DNA of 64,000 nt from Tubulanus polymorphus. Its lineage: Eukaryota; Animalia; Nemertea. Position 1 is the first letter of the stretch. Each line of letters starts with the position of its first letter. The notes beneath the pieces were generated by a model. It was not told where the DNA came from. It searched no databases and was given only the letters and a program-made list of their open reading frames with translations. This document shows, in pieces, positions 57,420 through 64,000 of the stretch. The position numbers and the translations under genes were made by a program. The stretch covers positions 8,568,962-8,632,961 of the forward strand of contig NC_134034.1 in assembly GCF_964204645.1 (NCBI RefSeq). Direction: 5' to 3'.

Positions 57420-58338
57420 GTTTATTTTTTATTATTTTTTCTTGATATTTTTTGATATCATATTCACTAACCCAAAAATAATAGCACTTACAACTGTAAT
57501 TAAAAATAAAATAGTATGTTCAGCACCAAAGTTAATAATGTTTCCTGCAGATTTCAATATGAAACCAACAATTGATGCAATAATTCCTGGTAAAGCTGCA
57601 GCAGATTTTTTTAGATAATTCCCATAAATATTTTGCTAATTTCTTTAAACCATCCTTAACTTTATCTTGTATAGAATTATTATTATCTGGGGATTTATCC
57701 GGTTTATTGGGAGTAGGAGTAGGAGTAGATTTCAAAGCATTTGATATTGCTAAACCTATTGTTGTAAACAACATAGTTACAGCTGTTAGAATTGAAAGAA
57801 TTGTGATTCCTTCTAATTTAAATAATAATTTTATTCTATCCTTCAATGATATTTTAGAATTTGGTTTTAATAGATATCTTTTAAAAACATCTTTTAATCT
57901 TTTGAAATTATTACCAAATTCTTTTAATAATATATCTCTTTCACCTTTCAGTACTTCTAAATTATCTTTTAAATTATTAATTTCTTTTTTAAAACCTGAT
58001 TCTTTTTGTCTATATTCCATTTTAATTTTTTCTTTAATACTTTTTATATTTAATTTTGAACTTATACCAGTTAAAACACTTGAACTTAATCCTAACACGC
58101 CAATTGATATAGCTAAAGGTGTTAAAGGACTGAATATTGCTAGAAATGTTATTACAGAACTAATTGTAACCGAACCACTTATAATCAAATAATATATAAT
58201 TTAACTTTTTAAATATTTTTTCTTTTTTATCTTTAAGTCACTTTCAAATTCTAATATTTGTTTTTCTAAATATATTTTTAATTTAGTTTTATTTATAACA
58301 TGAGGAATAATATCAATACTATCAACTTTATCTTCCAT
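57420..58338 (-). pseudogene. Viral coiled-coil/multi-hydrophobic (putative membrane-active) protein, frameshifted
   Basis: ORF 57532..58188 has hydrophobic segments, a coiled coil and a PTPTP linker, and continues in another frame as AAALPGIIASIVGFIL...LFLITVVSAII. Confidence 0.55.
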
Positions 58339-58503
58339 TTATTTGGAAAAAAAAACTACTTATTAGTAATTAGTAAATTTATATGCTACAAATATAACAA
58401 TAACTGTTCCACCTAAAATCCAAATTATTTCATATTTCTGTTGTTCTTTACTTGGGGAATAATAATCTGATAATTTAATAATAATCTAATAATTTTTACT
58501 CGA

Positions 58504-59734
58504 TGTTATTTCGACCACATGGAATATATCACATTGTCCCCCCCCCCCTCCACTTCATATATCTTTAGGTTTAGGCCTTTTATTCTTCAACATGCTGGAG
58601 GAATGCTGTAGAGCGAAAGATAATTCCTCTTTGGGAGACAGGGATTTGGCCCTATATTCACAGTGGCAAGAATGCTCCAAAAAAGTTCAAGATCCACAGA
58701 AATCACTCGATGACTCTAAACTTTCGATACAAAAATGTAACGAAACATTAGACCTTTTGAAGAAGGCAAAATCACGAGGCCGGTGTCCAATAAATTGTTC
58801 GTCGAAAGTATGTATTATACGTACAATTCCCAATGCTATGCGGAACAATTTCATCGAATGCAAAGATTGTTCTTCGCCGTATCACAAACAGTGCGTTCTC
58901 AATCTCAGTGATCGGGATGATTTTAGATGCCTTGAATGTATTTCAGGCCGGCGATCTTCAGCTGAAACAATAATAAAACATAAAACTGATGAAATAAAAT
59001 CATTGAATGCAGATTCGAACAGAACCAAATCTGAAATAACTACAGCTCGTCGTGAATTGAGCGGGATATTCACTAAAGTTAATGCGTCAATTGGTCCAAT
59101 GACGAAGAAACTAAACGAGATTCTTCATGATATCGGAGTGGATAGGCAAGCCTATCACTCAAATAGTTTTGTGGGAAACCATATCCACAAAATGTTGAAA
59201 ATTGATGAAACAAACGGTATTAATAACCCTCAAAAACTTTGTAGTGTTCTCGAGGGTCACGAAGAATACGAAATATTTTACGAACTATTTCACCGATTTC
59301 ATAAGATGTACTCACTTTATACGGCTGCACGATTTCTCTCTCACAACGAAATAGATCTGCTTGAGAACATGTGTCACGATTTTGGCATATTCTTCACAAA
59401 AAAATTCCCTACATCAACGATTACACCTAAGCTCCACATGCTAATATTTCATGTACCAGAATTCGTCAGAATTTGGGGATCCATCGGCATCTTCAGTAAG
59501 CAGGCACTTGAATCGATTCATGCAAGTATGAATAATGACGTGCGAACATACTGCACAATCAGGGATAAAGTTCACCGGGCTGAACTTCTATTTATAAACC
59601 AAGGTTTATACTCAACAAAAACGTTGAAGTTCGATTCCCTTAGCCGAAAATGCCCTTGCGGAGGCTTTTATATGAAGCAGTCGTCTGATAGTTCAGTAAG
59701 GACCTGTAAGACTTGCAAGAAATCTAGCACCTGA
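58504..59734 (+). pseudogene. RAG1/Transib/Chapaev-like transposase with PHD finger (copy 2), C-terminal half only
   Basis: PPPLHISLGLG, CSSKVC..CKDC...YHKQC..CLEC, GVDRQAYHSNSFVGNH, ITPKLHMLIFHVPEF, GSIG..S.QALES, CPCGG..CKTC; collinear with copy 1. Confidence 0.8.
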
Positions 59735-60779
59735 AAAGTAAGAAAGTACAATAGTTAGGCTATCTTGTATAAATCTATTTTTCCATGATGTCATATGGTT
59801 TTTTTGATATTTGGAAATGAGTAATTATTGCTAAATATTACGAATGTAAATGCTAACTTTACTTAAAAAATGAAATTATATATAGTAGGCTCAGTAAAAT
59901 AAAGTACACTACAGTGAAATGATTGGTTGTCTAAGTTTTTTGTCGTACTGTTGACGGGAAAACCAGATTTTCAGAATATTTGTGCCAGAATCGAATGAGT
60001 TTGTGGATTTTGGTATCACGAGAGGTGCGGATTTGCAGCAATCCAAAGCAAGCATGGGGCCCGCACCTCTCAAGGCCCATGCTATTTGTATTTACACTTG
60101 GTTGTTTTTCTTCTATTGCTTTCTTTTCTGTGAAAAAATGAACAATGAATTGAATTTGACCTACTTTTTACTTGCAGTTGTGAGTCGAACCTACCAACTG
60201 CAGCTGCACGAATAGGCTAGCGTACTCAAATCATAATGTCTGTTGTCGTTGGTATGATTATCAAAATTAGCAGGTCACCTGTGTCGTGTCCGTAATGTGG
60301 AAACAAACAGGGATTTATTTGATTCGGTCCCGTCATCAGCGAAAACTGCCGTCCGCCATTTTGCTCCTATCATGTGACCGCGAGGAAATAATCAATCGAT
60401 AAAGTATTTCACAATTTATAATTCAAATCATACATAATGGTATTATGTTATGGAAATAAGAATTCATTTCATGTAAAAAGAAATTGAAAATCTAATTGTT
60501 TTCGAATTTGATGTGATAAACGAAAACTCGCGCGACCGGTTACCAGAGCGCGACAGATGGCGCTCCACGCATAATTAAAAAGGTCAAGGTAGTCGAAAAT
60601 TACTATTACGTCTACTGTCGTGCTTTCTTGGGACTAAATTCTATATTCGTTATATCCAATGAATCGTTGTAATCCGTTGTAATTTCGTTGTAACGAAGTT
60701 CCACTGTGTATTCATACAGCTGCAACCAGTAAGATCAAGGATCTTCCTAAATAGTATTTAGTTAAACTTAGCAACCATG

Positions 60780-62208
60780 ATTTGAAGAAGTTTCGAAATG
60801 TTTGGTGAAGTTGTCAGAAGTAAGCTCGATATAGATCAGCCATCAAGTTCGAATAATTTTATTGCATAATCTTCAACTTTTTATCTTCAGAAGTATGCCT
60901 AAAACAATTCCCCGATTCAACAGAAAATGACGTCGAGGAAATGATAAGCGATGAACTTAAGTACGCTCCACACCAGCCTAGAGGCAGTTTTTACGAGGTA
61001 AATTGATGGGAAGCTTATGGCCTCGGTAATTTTCTAATGAAACAATTATCTATGCTTTCTCAGGCCACAGGCGCTGGTCTATAGCTATGCATCGACATTG
61101 CCACACGTTAGACAAAATGCACAGCTTAAATTGTCATTATTAGGCAATCAGAAATCCTGTTTTATTTTAACCCGGGTATTCCCATTTATAGTTCCTCCTT
61201 GAAATTTGCCTCAACAACGAGCAATCAGATTGGTGCCGCAACTTTTCGCATGTACCTGTGCAACCGCTCTACAGTAACTGTGGCAGGGGTTCGTAGTGTT
61301 CGTGGGAGTGTAGCGATGCCATCAGGTTCGACAACTGTATAATATGGCTTTTTCGGTGCCGTAGATATGGATGCTATGATTTGCTAATAAGCTATCGAAT
61401 TAGATTTTATTCTGACAAAACACATCAAATCAAATCAAAGCAATTTTATTCGTCAAATTCAATTCATTCAGACGAAAAATTATCAAATCCAATTAAATAT
61501 TATACATCAATAATATCAAATCCAATTAAAGTTTTATTCAATATATAAATAATTAATGGCGCATCGTTGAGGACATAAAACATTTGTTTATGCCAATTAC
61601 CTGTCTGTGTTACTTTAAAAAACATGATTGTACTGGTGTGAAATAGAAAGCAGAACAAGTGTCACAACGTATATAGATATCATCCAATTACCAGTTTAAG
61701 TCAATACATTGGTCCATTATATTATTCATGTTGATTAATGATTTGTGTGACTAACGTTATCATTAATTCATTCATTTCAGGCGAAGAGAGCTGCTGCTGT
61801 TGGGCAGTAAAGTGCTTTTATTATTCTGTTTGTTGGTGTTGGCTCCTAATTTATGAATAAATGTTTATGTTTATTATTGGTATCATTAATTGCATTTGTT
61901 GGTTGTTGCAATGGCTGTGATTACGGTTGCGGAAACATTGTAGCAATAATAGTTGGATATCATTTAGAGGATTGTCACAACGTTATTTAAACATCAAGAC
62001 ACTATTTACGTCGTTTGTCAAATATTAAACAGAGGTTGGGAATGTTGTTTAAACGTTGTTGTAACGTTTTCAGTAAGATCTAGAAAACGCTAAAAAAACT
62101 CTACACAAAAACATTGTAGAAAAGTTAGAGCAACGTTTTTTGTAACGTTGTCAATGTCAGGGAAAACATATTTGGCAACGTTGCCTCAACATAAAAATGT
62201 TACCTGGG
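60780..62208 (+). mobile_element. Probable 3' end of an EnSpm/CACTA-like element
   Basis: Exon ending ..EMISDELKYAPHQPRG near 60950; AACGTT subterminal repeats 61978-62185; terminus TGTTACCTGGG. Confidence 0.4.
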
Positions 62209-62329
62209 CCATTTCTGCTTACGTTGGCCGCAGCGGCTACTTTAGCAAAGCTATTTTCTGTCCTACTCTCGAAGAATGGTAGACGTCGGAAATCCGGAAC
62301 AGAGTGAAAGAGTAACGAGCGAACTAATG

Positions 62330-63009
62330 GTGAAAAACATGGAGACCTGTATAACGGATATTAAATCATGGCTTACTGCTAATAAGCTCGCGCTGAACCC
62401 TCCAAAGACGGAGGCTGTTAATCTTGTGTCTACGAGAAAAGTTGGATCATTGCCTGAGATTGAAGTAGACGGTGTTCCGATTACAACCTCTGAGTCTGTT
62501 AAGGACCTAGGGGCTTGGTTGGACCAGGGTATGACTATGCCGGAGCATATGAAACGTACTTGTAAAGCTGCTTACGCGTCTTTGTATAAAATTGGTCGCA
62601 TATGCCGATTCTTGGACCAAAACAGCACTATAAAATTAGTTCATGCTTTCGTCCTGTCCCGTCTTGATTTTAACAATGGAATACTTTACGGACTACCGGC
62701 AAAAACATTAGCGCCTCTTCAGCGAGTACAAAATATGGCAGCCAGATTAGTGTGTCGTAAAAGGAAGTTTGATAGAATAACACCTATTCTCATAGAACTC
62801 CATTGGCTGCCTGTCCAGGTTAGAATCGAGTTTAAGATCTTGTCAACCGTACACCGTTGTATCCATGGATCTGCTCCAATTTACTTATCAAATCTGCTAC
62901 GTAGGGTAGAGGGGCGCACTCGTTCTTCTACCAGCCTTGCTTTACACGTTCCTCGTTCTAAATCCAAGTATGGCGGCCGTGCCTTTTCTAGCTGTGCACC
63001 CTACCTTTG
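62330..63009 (+). mobile_element. L2/CR1-group LINE, RT C-terminal fragment
   Basis: W...NKL.LN..KTE, KDLG, LSRLDF.N, LQRVQN.AAR, LHWLPV..RI.FK and RAFS..AP motifs in ORF 62276..63097; cut by an LTR. Confidence 0.88.
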
Positions 63010-63567
63010 TGTAAGACTTCTTCCACGACTTTTATATATTTTATCATACTCGACGTTTCAGGTCGCAATTTCCGTCTTGCTTTATTTCGACCTATGAGTT
63101 TTCATTGTAGTTTCAAATATGGCCGCGAGAAAAGTAAGTTAGTTTCTCGTCGGTGGTAATTATTACTTACGTTACGCAACAAATAAGGGGAAATTTCGGT
63201 ATGTATAATGTTTATCATACTTCTAAGATTACCGACAAATGTTGTTTGTATAATGTCGTATGCTCATATCTAAGTAAAATGGGTTAACAAGTTGTTATTT
63301 TCCCGGTGCATGGTGGCAGCACCATACGGTTGATTTACATGTGTTTGTTCTAAATGCTTCCGCGGGTTGTACTCGGAAGATGTCTGATAGCCATTTGCCA
63401 GAATTTTGTTTTACCATTAGTTCAGTCACCAGAGTTGTAATATCAGTATTGTGAAACTTATGATGCATTTATTTGTATTTTGTAGTCAATCTTCTTTCTG
63501 GATGAATGGACGAATAAACCTAAACAATTAGATATAAGAAAATCTTGTAATCAGTTTTATGTCTACA
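63010..63567 (+). repeat. 5' LTR of a (probably BEL/Pao) retrotransposon
   Basis: TGTAAGAC...GTCTACA inverted termini, AATAAA near 63513; starts exactly where the L2 coding similarity stops. Confidence 0.6.
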
Positions 63568-63597
63568 TCATTGACGAAATCCGAAGTTTGAAGAACT

Positions 63598-64000
63598 ATG
63601 TCGTGTACAGATGGGCCTGGTACAAGTGGTGGCCAACCTGGTGTAAGTCGTGCTCAACGTGATGTTAGTAATGGTCAACCCGGTCTCAGTAATGGTCAAC
63701 GTGGTCTCAGTAGTGGTCAACGTCCTGGTCTAAGCGGTGATCGAGCTGGTGTAACTAGTGGTCAAAGTGATGTTGGTAACCGCAATGGCGATAGTGAAAC
63801 CGATGAAGAGATACAATTTCCACATCTACCTTCAAGGGCCTTACCCCCGAGAATATCAGACGACGAGGCAAGACTTGCCTACATGGGTCTCTGCCTATCC
63901 CAGCACAAAAGAAAACACGAAATCGAAGCTCTTCGCTTAGAACTCAAGCTAGAAGAGGAACGAATGGAGATAGAGTCACAAATTGCTGAACTCAAGCTGA
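63598..64000 (+). CDS. Gag-like ORF N-terminus, open to the window end
   Basis: ATG 63598 with no stop through 64000; GQ(P/R)GLS repeats, then coiled coil ..LELKLEEERMEIESQIAELK. Confidence 0.55.
   Translation, partial: MSCTDGPGTSGGQPGVSRAQRDVSNGQPGLSNGQRGLSSGQRPGLSGDRAGVTSGQSDVGNRNGDSETDEEIQFPHLPSRALPPRISDDEARLAYMGLCLSQHKRKHEIEALRLELKLEEERMEIESQIAELKL

Larger units (their letters stand above)
52500..58500 (-). mobile_element. Polinton/Maverick-like (adintovirus) endogenous virus fragment
   Basis: Very AT-rich, intronless, tightly packed ORFs for ATPase, rve integrase with chromodomain and capsid protein; no polymerase or TIRs in the window. Confidence 0.85.

Noticed and set aside
63311-63320. 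TGGTGGCAGC as a primer-binding site
   Set aside because: It lies inside the better-supported TGTAAGAC...GTCTACA LTR and upstream of its polyA signal; not fully excluded.

Overview
AT-rich eukaryotic (probably marine invertebrate) DNA made almost entirely of nested, truncated transposable elements, with no intact host gene. In order: Gypsy integrase fragment; EnSpm/CACTA-like element (-); a BEL/Pao element split by a head-to-head pair of transposase-like genes (one RAG1/Transib/Chapaev-like with an embedded PHD finger) and a MITE; an AcademX element carrying a 5.2-kb non-coding long-TIR insert; a Tx1/L1 LINE; an ISL2EU/Harbinger-like element (THAP transposase + SAP/SWIM/YqaJ nuclease) with nested hAT, Helentron-like and piggyBac insertions; a histone N-terminus joined to a second Tx1 LINE; Helitron and hAT remnants; a ~6-kb Polinton/adintovirus fragment (packaging ATPase, chromodomain integrase, major capsid protein); a second RAG1-like/PHD transposase; an L2 fragment; and a BEL-like LTR plus gag start. 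The most striking unexplained signal is a ~290-nt element (53135-53423, - strand) inside the adintovirus segment. It has a TATA box ~31 nt upstream, a T4 terminator, G-U-rich stems that pair only on one strand and two hairpins with self-complementary GGCGCC loops, so it is a candidate Pol III viral ncRNA (VA-RNA analogue). Family assignments come from motif recognition by eye; no searches or folding programs were run.
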